Assembly (NCBI GenBank): GCA_964016885.1
Contig: OZ024740.1
Location: forward strand, 50,778,001 to 50,842,000
DNA length: 64,000 nt
Source of the DNA: Eledone cirrhosa
Lineage: Eukaryota
Direction: 5' to 3'
Both the position numbers and the translations under genes were made by a program. The notes below the pieces were generated by a model. It did no database searches. It was not told the DNA's origin and saw only the letters and a program-made list of their open reading frames with translations. This document shows positions 50,620 through 64,000 of this stretch, piece by piece. The stretch's first letter is position 1, and each line of letters begins with the position of its first letter.

Positions 50620-51600
50620 TCATCATAATTATTTACCATCTCTTTCGCTGCTAGCAATGGTTAGATGGGGCTACATAGACCAAGTCAGTATTGAAGCAAG
50701 GCTACTGCCCTCCCAGACAGGCTGGGGCAGGAGGCGGGTCTGCATCTCGCTTACATATAGTCTCATGTTCTACCGACTGCACAAAAGAGGTTGTCATGTC
50801 CTTAACATGACTAAAGGGTCCTCCCAACCCTTTATTTGGTAAGGTTTCTATGGTTAGATGCCCTTCCTTTCACCAACCACTTTACAGCATGTACTGTGTG
50901 CATTTATCATGTAAATCACCCACATTAGAGAGGTTGTCACATTGTGATACAACTAAAGGTACCTCACAACCCTTTCTAGGCATGGTTTATACTGCAGGGT
51001 GCCTTTCCCGTCGCCAACCACACCACTTTGCAGGGTGTACTGGGTGCATCAATGCTAGAGAGGTTGTTGCTCCTTGTCCCCAGTGGAAGAGCTCTATCTC
51101 TGCTCTCTAGAGGAGGAGATTGGGTGTGAAGATAAGAGTATGAAGTTAAGGCAAGTGTCATGTGATTTGACAGGATGATGTATGGGAAGTGGATATCATA
51201 GGAGGAGGGGATGTAGTGGTGAGAACACTGAAGCTGATAGTTGAGAGGGCATGCATTGGGTGCATAAGAATGATGAGAGTGGCTACTGGGGTGGGATAGT
51301 GAGGGTATCTAAGGGCTTTTGAGGAGATAGCAGCTAAGGAGTGGATGCTGGTGGGGACATGGGTGGTGTGTGTGTGTGAGGGGGTTAGTGAGGGTGAGGA
51401 TATCTTCTAGGGTGTGCTAGTGGAAGGGGGTAAAGAGACACAGGAATAAGTCAGGTTACATTGTATGCTATTGGCTGGGTCTTCACCATCACAGCATAGC
51501 GCCAGCTTTTGCAGTCTTTGTCATCTCTGTTGTGAGCTTTAGTTTTTTTAAGGATGGTCTTCACAACTACATCCCAAGTCTTCCTGGATCTACCTTTTCC
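50620..51600 (-). mobile_element. Old RTE 3' end and 3'UTR
   Basis: GRPGRLGM remnant, a gatgcccttcc-like motif and an RTE-type tail. Confidence 0.6.
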
Positions 51601-51611
51601 ACCCTGCTAGT

Positions 51612-51730
51612 TCTTCTTCTTCTTCTTCTTCTTCTTCTTCTTCTTCTTCTTCTTCTTCTTCTTCTTCTTCTTCTTCGTCTTCGTCTTCTTCTTCTTTGTC
51701 TTCTTCTTCGTCTTCTTCTTCTTCTTCTTC
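51612..51730. repeat. (CTT)n microsatellite
   Basis: Direct observation. Confidence 0.95.
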
Positions 51731-52021
51731 GCCCACTTATTCCTGTGAGGGTTATGGGCGCACACACACACACACACAAACACTCTCTCCCTCTCTCTCA
51801 CACACACACATATTTATATACATATATACACCCACACATACACATAGCTCAAAAGTTAATGTTGGTTAACTTAAGTTATACAATATACCACAGGAGAGTT
51901 TTGCTTTCTTCATTATCAAATCAAGTTCCACAAATCAAATACAGATATTTATTTATCTCGGAAAGAGAGATCCTCTGTGGAGTTTGTTTATTTCAAACTA
52001 AACTATATGTATATATTTAAA

Positions 52022-52497
52022 TAAATATACTGACTCATATGAGTCATGTTTATATATATCTAGTTTTACTGTGAAAATTGTTCCCTGAAAGGTATTTTCA
52101 GCAGCTTTGAATGTAAATGGAACCAACCTGTTTCATTGTTAATGAACTCATATGGATTTGCTTACCTTTCTCTTTCAATGATCTGAGCATGAGTAACAGA
52201 AGATTATTGATTAAAATGTAAGTGTCAAATTTAAGCATAAGTAAAACAGGCTATAGCTTAGGACTTCACAACCCACATGGGCCACAAAATAATTAAAGGT
52301 ATGTACGTTTTTAATTTTTGTGAGGCATTTTGGAGTAACTTTTTACAAGGGGCCCCAGACAGACCTCAAAATAATTATGTGGCATTTTCCATTTTTTGGG
52401 TAATTTTTATCAAGGGGCTCCAAGTTTCATCGAGGTGACAATTTTCACAGCATGACTAAATATATATAAATATGACTTATGTGGCTCAGTATATTTA
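52022..52497. mobile_element. MITE-like element with about 58 bp imperfect TIRs
   Basis: aaatatactgactcatatgagtcatgttt..ctgtgaaaattg versus caattttcacag..gctcagtatattt. Confidence 0.6.
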
Positions 52498-55104
52498 TGT
52501 CACTGAGTATAAGGTTGACAGTCTGGCAGTAATTACTACACTACCAACTCAGCAAACTCTAGATACATGCCACCTCATTGTCTACTGAGACCATGAGGTG
52601 GCATGTATCTCGGGTTCTGCACATCGGAGAGGTAGAGCTGATGAAAGGAGAGATGAGTGGGAGACATGAGAGCCTTTCATTGACTGGTTCATGTTGTTAC
52701 CGGTACCACTACATACACATATACATGCATACACAACACACTACTAAGATAATTTTCCATGCAGTCAATTATGTTTTGCATTAAAATATATTTTATATAA
52801 TAAATACACAAATACACACATGTATATTATGCATACATTGCTTTATCTTGGTTTCTATAATTCAACATCCAGCTTTTATTTTATTTTATTTTATTTTATT
52901 TTATTTTATTTTATTTTATCTTATTTTATTTCAATCTTTTTTTCTTCCAAAGCGGTGAAAAATTGTTTAATATTAAATAAGAAGTCAGGAGTTCAAGATG
53001 GCTGCAAACATTTTACTGTGTCATGTGACAAGACAGTTTTAGAGGAGAACTGAATACAAGAGGAATCAGATGTAGTGTATGAAAGGGACAACTGCACTGG
53101 TATGGGCATGTGATGCATATGGAGAATGACAGCTGTATAAAACAATGCTATAGAAAAGGGAGAACTAGAAAGATAGGGGACAAAATTAAGAAGAACTGTG
53201 ATGATTGGTGAGGCAGAGGACTGGTGATTGGTGACTTGCTGTGTATCCACCAGTACAAGCACAGGGGACATGATCACCAAATTAAACTTGGCGGTAATGA
53301 AGTCTAGGGTTTACATACAACCCTCTCTTTAATGACTCTGTTATAATACCCACTACACCATGCTGACTGACTGACACAGGAAGAAAGACATCTGATTGAT
53401 TCATATCCAACCTTTTACGATCTTCCTGTTATTTAGCTGTAAGTCAGCTCTGATTCAGCAGACTTGTGATCAATGGCATTCCAGATATACTATTTTCTTG
53501 GCCATTGTGTATCTAAGGCTACATTATCTAGTAATCTTCTCTTTTGAAGACAATAAAATATAATTTGAAGGTGATTTGCAGCTATTTCTAGCATGCCAAA
53601 CCATCACATTTAGGTTCCCTTGTTGGCTTATCTGAAGCTAAATTGTTGCATATTTGAAAGGATTTTATTGTAGAAATTTTAATTATCTAATTTTTATCTG
53701 GGTTTAGTTGTTGCTTTTTACTTTGTTGAAACATGTACAAAGTTGTCTAGTGTACTTGCCTAAAGAATCAAAATATTATTAGTCAACGACTAATGTTCCT
53801 TTTTTCACCATCTAATTTTTTTTAGCTAAATTTTTTATGTTCCCTACATCAATTACATTAATGCTAGCTTAACTATTGTTTTTCATGCAGATGGCATCTA
53901 GGAACAATTTATTCGCTGAATATTTTTACTTTTCTATGCCCTACAAATGTACATTGCTGTACATATATATATAATCATTCTCTCATCTCTTCTTTGGCAA
54001 GTACAGTGAAGTATTTGCTTTGCTGTAACATGTCCAGATTTGTCTTTCATACTTGTCAAAAGGCTCAAAATAATTGTTTCTACTTTTGGCACAAGGCCAT
54101 CAATTACCCAGTACATTACTGGTACTTTATTTTATCGACCCCGTAAGGATGAAAGGCAAAGTTAATATTAGTTAATAACTAATATTATTTTTTTCTCACT
54201 GCATGTTTTTAGCAAGTTAGCTATTTGATGTTCTATGAAATAAATATGTTAATGATAACTTTCAAATGACACAATAAAATCCACCCAGTACACTCTGTAA
54301 AGTGGTAGTGCAGGTGCTATAATAAAATTCCACCAATTCACTCAGTAAGCAGTAGTACTAGTGCCACTATAAAAAACACCCAGTTTACTCTATAGGTGGT
54401 AGTTCAGGTGCCACTATAAAATCTAACCAGTACACTCTGTAAAGAGGTATTTCTGGTGCTATTATAAAATGAGGTAACCCAACCCATCTGGTCTTAGACT
54501 ATGACTACTCAATCAACCTACGGCAATATGGAAAATGGACATGAAATGACAATAAGGATGACGAGGATGATGCCATGCCATGGGCCCCTGGGGTGCCATA
54601 GAAGAACACAGCCAACTTTTTTGAGAGAATGAGAGAAGTAAGTGAGAAAGAAATATATAGGAAGAACTGATCTTGATATGAAACTGATACTGTATTTATC
54701 AATCTTGAAAAGATGGATGGCAATGTTGACTGTAGCGATATTTGAACTCAGACTACAAAACTGATGTTGTAATGACTACCATTGTTGTCTTATGATGAGG
54801 ATAATTTTGATATATATGTATATAAATTAGTTTAAACAATTTCTGTATCATGAAGTCAAGTTTTCATAATTTTCCTTGTTGAATGAGCTAGGCAATTCAT
54901 TGGGAATTATAAAATTACTAAAATTAAATTGATTAATAGAATTTCCAGTTTTTAATGCAGTCAAAATTATATGTTATCTCATAAATAAGGCAAAAATGTG
55001 TATTTGAATTGAGAAAACTTGAGAAACTTATGTAACACATACTATCAGGGGAATATATATTTGTATTTTTTTTTATTATCACACTTATTATTGCTATATA
55101 TATA

Positions 55105-55610
55105 GGCATAAGCGGAATCAGATGCAGTGTGAGGAGAGGAGATTGTGCTGGTATGGATACGTGATGTGTATGAAAGATGACAGCAGTATAAAAAGGTGCA
55201 GAACCATGAAAGTTGTTGGAACCCATGGAGTGGGAAGATCCAGGAAGCCTTGGGATGAAGTGATAAAAGCTGACCTTGCTCAATTGCACCTCTCAACGGA
55301 AATGACACAGGGACCAAGATATCTGGTATCATGCAGTAATAAAGAACACCCATGAGCATAGGTTAAAGCATAAATATAGTATATAGCACCTTCACCTCCA
55401 CCCCACACCACTTTTCCATCATATGAGCATAGGCTGAAGCATACATCTAGTGTGCTCCACCCCATCCTCCTTCCACTTACCTCCCATATTCTAATATTCC
55501 GCCTCTCACCCACACCCCACTACCCACCTCCTCAATCTCCACACACCTCTCCCACCAAAGTCCGCAGCCCACACTATAAAAGTGGTCTAGAGGGTGACAC
55601 AACAAAAAGT
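55105..55610 (+). mobile_element. RTE 3' fragment
   Basis: ERRLCWYGYVMCMKDDS..GRSRKPWDEVIK. Confidence 0.8.
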
Positions 55611-55614
55611 TTGA

Positions 55615-56311
55615 GATAAACTCTACAAGGCATGGAAGTGCCATCAGTCAGACTTGTCTGAGATGTGCGTAGGGTGATGAAACTGTTCTGCAGGCACTCG
55701 CTGGATGTCCAAGCATTGCTGACATGTGGGTTTATGTCAAACACCTGCTGTTGCATGTAGGACGGATCTGGTCATCAGCTGAGTCCATTGTGAAGATTGC
55801 TCTACTGCCTTACTTTAGCTGAGAAGAGCAGGAAATGTTTATATGCATGGTGACCATGGTGAAAAAGGTTGTGTGGTGGACATGTTTGAAAGGGCTGAAA
55901 ACGAGCACTTACCTCTTTGGCGAAGCCTAGATTAACTTTTTTAAATTTCGTATAAAAAGGAAAATCAAGGCGGAGAGGGAAGTGCTCCCTTTCCAGCAAT
56001 TTGTTGAAAGATGGGTGATAGAGGCAAGCATGGCCCAAGTGAATGAGCCTGCTCTGAGTATACGCCTGTAGATTGGAGAGGGCACTTGCCCTGGTGGTCA
56101 GGTTCACCGTGGCTTTTCTGTGAGCTTTCTCCATGAGTCACCCCTGGAAGTCTCCCTCTTATTGGGAAATTTTCCTTTGTTTCAATTTTTTGTTACATTC
56201 TTTGTTTTTGTTTTATATTTTATTTTTACAGCTGAAATGTTCATTTTCACTGTCCTGTGCTTTCTTTAATGTTGTGCTTTGTGTAAACCCTTGTGGTTAA
56301 TAAAGAAAACA
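55615..56311 (+). mobile_element. Tx1 3' fragment, same family as 56670-62798
   Basis: Parallel to 62090-62798; ends aataaagaaaac followed by (ATT)n. Confidence 0.88.
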
Positions 56312-56636
56312 TTATTATTATTATTATTATTATTACAGTTGCATTTATCTTGCTTTATGTTCATACGAGTTATCACCAAGTCACAACCAGTGACCTCAAG
56401 AGACAACAAGGTCCGCCATGTTCAAGAAAGAACATACATACACACACATGCATCTTTAGGTGTTTAGACTTGTGATGTACTTATATTGACAGAATCTTCC
56501 TTAGTATATGGGCAGTTCCCATTAGTACTATCTTTTGTAATTCTCCTATACGCGGGTTTCCTGGGATTTGCGATAAGTAATCATTAGCCCCTTAGGTATC
56601 ATTCCTAGAGCGCCTACAACCACTCGTATTGTTTTA

Positions 56637-56669
<33 letters not shown>

Positions 56670-56882
56670 GGCGACCTACGTAGGAAATCGTATTATCGTG
56701 AGCTCCGTAAAGGTTTCTTGTTTTCAGTTGTTTCAAATTACCAGTTATGGAACATTTTTGTTGTTAAGTGTTTATAAGTTCAAATATATTGCTTTCTGAA
56801 AAGGACACAAAAAATATTGGGGCCTTGAGCCCAAAACTTAAACTTTTTATTTATCAAACAAAAATTTCTTTGAAAAAAAAAC

Positions 56883-59130
56883 ATGGACGACAAATTTACT
56901 GTTTTTAACAGACCAACACCACCTCCCCCACCACCAACAACACCAACACCTTTGTAAGCCTTGCTACGGTTTCCAACACTGAAAATATAATTAATAGCAG
57001 TCTGAATTATTTAGAATTGCGGCAAAAAGACATGGATTTCCCGCCATTACCAATAACTGCAGGTGTTAAAGCCGCCACCCCCACCACCACAATGTCAAAA
57101 AAACAACAACGAACACCACTGATACCACCACCACCACCAACACAGCGACAACAGAAACCAAAAAAAATAAATTATTATCTCGTGATATCAAAATGGATTC
57201 ATCCAAAATCGACTCTTCCACACCGAGCACCACTGACACCACCACCACCTCCACCACAACTGAAACTAAAAATAACAATAACAACAACAGCAACAACAAC
57301 AACAACAATGAGAATAACAACATCAACACCACCGCAAAACAAAATGTGTCGTTTGCCAAAGCAGCCAAGAAAAGCGAAACAATCGAGGTAAGCCAGGATG
57401 AATTAAATGAAGCCAAGAGAATGGTAAAAAAAGATGGGTACAGGGTCAGCCTCCCCCCCTACCTAATAAAATGGAGCATCGGCGCCTATGCATTGTGTCT
57501 TATTGGACGATAAACACAAAATCACGGCGAGTGGAACGGGCATCCGAGTCCCAAATACAAAAAGCTTTGGGACATGTATGGGCGAAAAAAACCCCACATC
57601 AGACGTGGGCAGAAATATGGAACCATGACGTGTTCTTTGGAACACCACAGGAAGCCAGAAAGCACTCCATGGCCCCATTAAGAAGCGACGACTTCACACT
57701 CGTCCCAATTGTGGCCAGAGACTCGTCCCTATTGTGGCCAGAGACTCGTCCCTATTGTGGCCAGAGACTCGTGAAGAGGTGACCCACGTTCCACTGGCCA
57801 TCGAAGTTCCCTGGCTAATGACTGCCGGCGAGGACGGCAACACGAGGCCAACACGAAAATAATTGAAATAACAAAAGAAAAGCAGGAGAACTGGTCCGGA
57901 TCTGGGATGGAGGTTCTGATCCAAGCGGACCAAAAAAACATTGGGGAAATTCCAGAGGTGATAGACCTCACCGACGGCAGCCACCTCACCGTAATCGTTG
58001 AGGGTAGAAGGCCTAGGTGTGTCGTTTGTGGTGAAGGAACACACCTAAAGGCTTTCTGTCTTCAGGCTAAAAAGTTGAGGCCACCTCTCTTACCTGCCCC
58101 AGTGACTCAACCATCAACACCACCAGCAGCAGAAATGGCAGCAACAACTGTAGCAGCAACAACAGAAGCAGCAACAACCCCAGCAACAGTAGAAAAACCA
58201 ACACGACTACCACCCACCGCGCCAGAACTATCACCAACACCTCCACCATCCACCACACCACAACCAAAACCAACGCCTGTGGAGGATTTTCCACTCCCCG
58301 ACCTATCGCAACTGGAAACAGATTGTGACGACGAGGAGTGGGAAACTGTATCAGGAAAAAAGAAAAAGAATCCCATAAAGAAAAAAATCCTCTGCCTTCC
58401 CCTCCAAAAACAAAATGCAAGGGGAAACAAATAAACTAACAAACAAAAAAGTTAGGACAGCTATGCCACCATCCACACCAGCATCATCAACCCCATCACC
58501 ACAAACACCAACACCATCACCATCATTAACCCCAACACCACCATCACGAACACCACAAAAGTCACCGAAAAGCGCTACAGAAACAAACCCACAACAAACG
58601 CAAACAAAACAAAACAAAACAAAACAAAACAAAACAAAACAACCAAAACGATACACACTACACAGCATTAAATTCGAACCGGTGAATTGGCAGTATCTGT
58701 AGAGGATCGGACGCCATGCTTTTGACACATAGAGTTACGGCCCTTGCCATTCTGAGTTCAAATCCCGCCGAGGTTAACTTTGCCTTTCATCCTTACGGGG
58801 TCGATAAAATAAAGTACCAGTAATGTACTGGGTATTTGCTGGCCTTGTGCCAATAGTAGAAACAACCAATTATTACACTACATCCAACACAACACCAACA
58901 TCAAAGAAAAAGACTACACAACACCCCTAGAATTCACACCACCTCCACACATACAAATCACTCACATCACACAGAAAACGTACACGACACTAACACAAAA
59001 ATTCGCCAAGGACATCGGAGACTTCCGACAAGCTCTCTCCAGGAGGATTTATAAGGATATCTTTCCAGAGGAGGCCACAAGCAGTGAGAAGGATGGAGAA
59101 ACCATCCTTCCTCTACGAGAAGTAAGGTAA
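56883..59130 (+). pseudogene. Tx1 ORF1, frameshifted, with a SINE insertion at 58681-58865 and a 22-bp triplication at about 57706-57772
   Basis: Fragments homologous to the 2084-3268 ORF (SFAKAAKK, WSGSGMEVL, EGRRPRC). Confidence 0.8.
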
Positions 59131-59164
59131 GTGGTCTTTCCCATCTTTTCCACTCCTTTTCAAC

Positions 59165-62100
59165 ATGACCTCACTCAGAATAGGCAGCATAAATGCGCGT
59201 GGCTTGGGGTCGTCATGGAAGCAGGGCCACCTGCTCAACGACCTCAGGTCACTAAACATAGATGTGGTGGCCATCAGCGAGACCAGAATCTCCGAAGAAC
59301 GGGCCTTCGCATCGATCTTCGGCGGCTACGATGTGTACGCATCCCAGCCGTCCTGGATCAGGGGGCGGAGTTGCTGTGCTTTTTCGGAGAGGTTTGGATC
59401 TCGCCATAAGGGCCATCTTCCTGGACCCAGAAGGTAAGTTGTTGGTGCTGGACGTGACCAGCGGAGATGGGCAAGCTTTCAGGCTAGTGGCCGTCTATGC
59501 CCCGACAGGAGCAGGGTGGCCTGATTTCTTCCGGCGTCTGGAGACCTTTCTTGGAACGTCCCGCTCTTTAGTGTTAGTGGGCGACTGGAACGTGATCTTA
59601 GATGCACGCTGGGACTGTGTGGGATTAGTGGATAGGGGAGGAGGGTGCAAGAGCCCACCAACCTACTCAGGCGTTTTGAATTGTCTGACAGGTACCGATT
59701 GGATTTCCCGAATGTGCCAATGTGGACTTGGACAAACCGTATCGGGTCATCCAGATCATATCTAGATAGAATATTTTGTAGGAAAATAAATAGGTCTAGC
59801 ATAGGCTGTCCACAATTCAAGATAGTCAGCTACACGGACCACAAATTCGTGATCTGTGTGCTTGACTTAGATAGGCTTCATAGACGAGGACCCGGCTACT
59901 GGAAGCTAAACGCATCATAAACAGCGCGTAAGGTCTACAGAGACCGGATTAGCGAACTAGTTAAGCGGACGTTGACGGGGGCCATCGTCAACAAGTGGTG
60001 GTTTGCTCTGAAAAGAGTGATTAGAATAGAGTCCATTAGGTTTAGTAAGGTTTTAGCAATTGAGAAAAATAGAGCAGAGGGAGAACTAGTTAGAAAATTA
60101 GACGAGGCGCTTAGCAAAGGCATCGTGACCGACGTACTTGCGGCGAAATTGGCCCTTGACCAATTCTTCAATGCAAAGCACGAAGGCTGCGTTGTCAGAG
60201 CTAGGGTGCGTGCTCTCAGACACGAGAGGACGAAAGCCGTTCAATGGGCTCTAGTGGCTGAGGCGCGTCGTGGCAACAAAGCCACGATCCGGTCTTTGGT
60301 GGACCACGACGGGCGCATGCTACTCGATCCCGGGCAAATGTGTGAAGCTTTTCAGCGACACTTGGCACAGCTGTTCGGGGCCAGCGGCGGGCCGGATCGA
60401 GGGATGGACTTTAGGGTCTACCTCGACGGACTGCCGCGGCTCTCAGCCACTGAGGCGGAGTGTTGCAAAAAGCTGATAACAGCCGCTGAAGTACGGCAGG
60501 CAATGATTGGCTGCACAAGGGGTAAATCGCCTGGTTTGGATAGTCGGCCCTATAAACTTTACGTACAGATGCCAGACTTGTTCGGAGGCCTCATGGCGGA
60601 CGTCTACTGCAACTGGCAACAGAACGGGAGAATTTCCAGCTCTGTGAGCCGAGGAGCGGTGGCGCTGCTGAGAAAGGATCCGAACAAGGGGGATAACATA
60701 GATAATTTCAGGCCCATAACTCTGCTAAACACAGAGTTCAAGATTTTGGCCAAGGTGCTAGCAAAGAGGTTGGCGCTTGTCATTGGTGGTCTGGTAGGAG
60801 AGGCGCAGACATGAGCCATTCCCGACAGATCCATCCACGACAACCTCCACCTCATGCGATACATCGTAGAGAGGGTAGCTAGGGAACCTGGCACGGGTGG
60901 GTCCTTCATCAATTTAGATCAGTCGAAAGCTTTCGATAGGGTCGACCATCGTTACCTAGCGGCAGTCCTGAGGGCGGCTGGCTTTGGGCCCGTCTTCACA
61001 GGTGGATCGCTGCCATGCACAGCGACATCTGCTCTGTGGTGAGAGTGAACGGTCACCTTTCTGAACCGTTCAACATCATGCCCTCGGTCCGCCAAGGATG
61101 TCCCCTCTCGTCCCTCTTGTACGTATTGACTCTCGAGCCATTACTGCACAAACTGGTGACGTTGAGGGGGATCCCTCGCGAACTAGGACGCGGAAGATCC
61201 GTGTCAGCATATGCAGACGATGTCACCGTAGTGGTGTCGAACGCCAAACACATCGAGGCGATCGGCACTACACTAAGAGAATACGAAGCGGTGACAGGAG
61301 CAATGATCAACCAGGAAAAGTCAGTGGGCCTGCAGCTCGGTACCTGGAGAGGCAGGTCCATGCCGTCCAACAGCGTCGTCGGACGCTGGACGGACGGACC
61401 GGTTAAATTGCTAGGGGTCTGGTTCGGTCCGGACCTCCAGACGGACAAAAACTGGGACGAGGTGACGAGCAGGGTGGCTTCTCTCACCCAGAAATGGGCG
61501 GAGAGGAAGCTATCCCTGAAAGGTCGAGCGGAGGTGGCTAACGCGTACATCGCGTCCGTCATCTGCTACCGCCTGACCGTCGTACCTTGTCCTAAGCCTC
61601 GCTTGACTGCACTGGAGCGTTTGCTCTTTCGCTTTTTGTGGAAGGGACACGCTCCGATGATCACGCGGTCCATCTGCTGTCAACACCCGCTACGTGGAGG
61701 GCTGGGCATGCCGTGGCTGATGATGCGCAGACACGCGCTCAGGCTATGACATCTTTACCTCTTCCTCTTCTAGACACGTCTTTCCCCAGCTCGTCTCCTT
61801 GACGGAGCTGCAGTCCTGGGTCAAGCGAAGACCAAGAGGGAGTGCTTGGAGACTGGAATGTCTTCAGGTTCTTACACCCCTCGACCAATCGGGCAATGTG
61901 ATCGGTGGAAACTCCACCTTGGCGTTCTATAGAGGATTAGTGGAGGGGAAGAGCGACGACATCCTTGGAGAAACTCTAGGCGTCGACGAAAATCAACTAG
62001 CCAACCTCTTCGGAAGGACTTTCGGGCCGGGGCCTATGGACAACTTCCAGAAATTCCTGGCCTGGCAGTGCTACCGAGGAGCTTTGCCAGTTCGGGATAA

Positions 62101-62550
62101 ACACTACAGCCATGGAGGTGCCGTCAGCCGGGCATGTCCGAGATGCGCGCAGGGCGACAAAACCGTCCTGCACGCACTCTTCCAGTGTCCGAGCATTGCT
62201 GACTTGTGGGTTTATGTCGAACACCTGCTGTCACGTGTAGGACGGATCCAGCTATCAGCTGAGTCCATCGTGAGGATTGCCCCGCCCTCTTCCTTTAGCC
62301 GGGAAGGCAGGCAGTTTTTATCTGTCTGGTGGCCATGGCGAAAGAGATAGTATGGTGGACACATTTGAAAGGGCTGAAGATGAGCAGTTACTTCTTCGGT
62401 GATGCCCTGATTAACTTTTTCAAATTTCATTTGAAAAGGAAAATCAGGGTAGAAAGGGAAGTGCTCTCTTCCCAGCATTTTGTTGAAAGATCGGTGAGAG
62501 AGGCAAGAATGGCCCGAGTGAAAGGGCATACTCTGAGTATGTGTCTGTAA
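59165..62550 (+). pseudogene. Tx1 ORF2 (APE-RT-zinc finger) with multiple frameshifts and stops
   Basis: MTSLRIGSINARGL, GDWN, YTDHK, FRPITLLN, LDQSKAFDRVDH, VRQGCPLS, AYADD, CPRC..HALFQC. Confidence 0.92.
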
Positions 62551-62797
62551 ATTAAAGGTGGAAAACTGGGAGAGGGCACTTGCCCTGGTGGTCAGGGTCA
62601 CTGTGGCTTTTTAATGGGCTTTCTCCACAAATGTCTCTCGGAAGTCTCCCCCCTATTGGGGAATTTTTCTTTGTTATTTTTTTATTACATCCTCTGTTTT
62701 TTTTTACACGCAGAAATGCCCATTTGTACCGTCCTGTATTGTCCTGTACTGTCCTTAATGTCTACTTTATCTAAACCCTTATGCTTAATAAAGAAAG

Positions 62798-62834
<37 letters not shown>

Positions 62835-63314
62835 TTATTATTATTATATATGAATGTATGTGTGTGTGAACGTGTGTATGCATGTGCACATGAATGTATG
62901 TGCTTGTATTTGCATGAGTATGTTTGTAGTTCAGTTGGGATTTGCTAGGTAAATGTATTAAATAGTTTCTACAAATTCTTCTCAAGAGGATTGGAATTTG
63001 GCTTTTGATATAGTATGAAGGTGGGTTAATATCCTGTGTTCTCTGAGATGAAGAAATATTAAGTATTTAGTTATTTCTGTTAATGTTAATGTTTGGTTGG
63101 ATTGTAACCCACAATGGACAGATGGAGTAGAGATTAACATTATATAGTTGATATGTCTCTCAAATTGGTTATTTATTATCTATAGAATCTATTTGAATTG
63201 GCAGTATTGGTAGAGTGACAGACACCATGCGTTTCAGCACAGAGTTATGTCCCTTTACTTCTGAGTTCAAATACCGATGAGGTTAGCTTTGCCTTTCATC
63301 CCTACAGGGTCAAT

Positions 63315-63800
63315 ATGGGGTGCTGGCACATCCATCCAATGTACCAGTGCCCTAGCCTTGGTCTACACTGCCAGAGTACCCCTCTGTTGTTACTGCAGGA
63401 GCTCCTATACTAAGAAGCTAGATACAGCCTTGAACAACACCTTAAGGCTCATCACTGGATGTCTCCATCCTACATCAACTGAATGTCTACATGTGCTCTT
63501 AGGTATTGCTCTTGCACCCCTTTGTAGAAAGCATCACACAAACACGTTGATAACCAAAGTCTCAATAGACTCAAGTCATCTGCTCCATAACATTGCTGAG
63601 GATTCTCAGATACTAAACCCACATCACTTGATATCACACCACCCTTTCTCTCATCATGCAGCAAAGCTCCAAAACTCAAATTTCAACATGCTTCAGACGT
63701 GGAGGGCTAGCTTTCAATAGCTAGCTGACATCAGCAGCTTGCCAGTGTGACTCACCAGTCAGACTGCAGAAGAAACATATATTGAGTAAGTGCCCAGATG
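63315..63800 (+). mobile_element. I-group (Ingi/Vingi-like) LINE fragment
   Basis: WGA..TSALALVY..TKKLDTALNNTLRLITGCLHPT..LHVLLGIA. Confidence 0.6.
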
Positions 63801-64000
63801 TCTGCCCACCTGAGAATGTTGACCTCACACATCCTAATCCCACTACCGAAAGAAAAGAAAAACTACTTCATCAACTTCATGTCACAACTCTTACTACACA
63901 ACTGCAAATTAGTTAAAGAGACTAATAACTCTTACAAACTACCTCTAAAACTACTATAAGGATGAGCTGGTCATGGCTGGAATGCTTTTGACTACAAGTC

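Larger units (their letters stand above)
56670..62798 (+). mobile_element. Full-length Tx1/L1-group LINE, decayed, with (ATT)n on both sides
   Basis: 5'UTR, ORF1 with CVVCGEGTHLKAFC, ORF2 APE-RT-CCHC, 3'UTR with AATAAA. Confidence 0.94.

Noticed and set aside
52635-52685. CTGATGA followed by a hairpin as a hammerhead candidate (also 15298 and 50398)
   Set aside because: No correctly placed GAAA, stem III or stem I.
54277-54470. Array of about 46-nt units resembling a CRISPR array (also 48800-48975)
   Set aside because: There are no unique spacers. The units are degenerate tandem copies of the RTE 3'UTR motif, in a eukaryotic context with no cas genes.

Overview
This is animal (eukaryotic) genomic DNA: AT-rich, dense in microsatellites and almost entirely made of transposons. 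The SINE and LINE repertoire suggests a coleoid cephalopod such as an octopus (inference). I found no host exon, RNA gene or CRISPR array that I can support. The window holds: two full-length-type Tx1/L1-group LINEs (one with ORF2 open up to the window edge), both starting at the same (ATT)n|GG junction; about ten RTE LINE copies carrying a PHD-type zinc finger inside the RT region; Dong/R4, Hero, CR1, BovB-like and I-group LINE remnants; tRNA-derived SINEs with RTE tails; and hAT, Tc1/mariner and Helitron non-autonomous elements. The most unusual signal is a set of short non-coding elements at (TA)n tracts that carry type I minimal hammerhead ribozyme motifs. Three of them are head-to-head palindromes (two near-perfect) with a hammerhead or hammerhead-like motif on each strand (best case 32664-33054). 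Element boundaries were read by eye and are approximate unless a junction is quoted.
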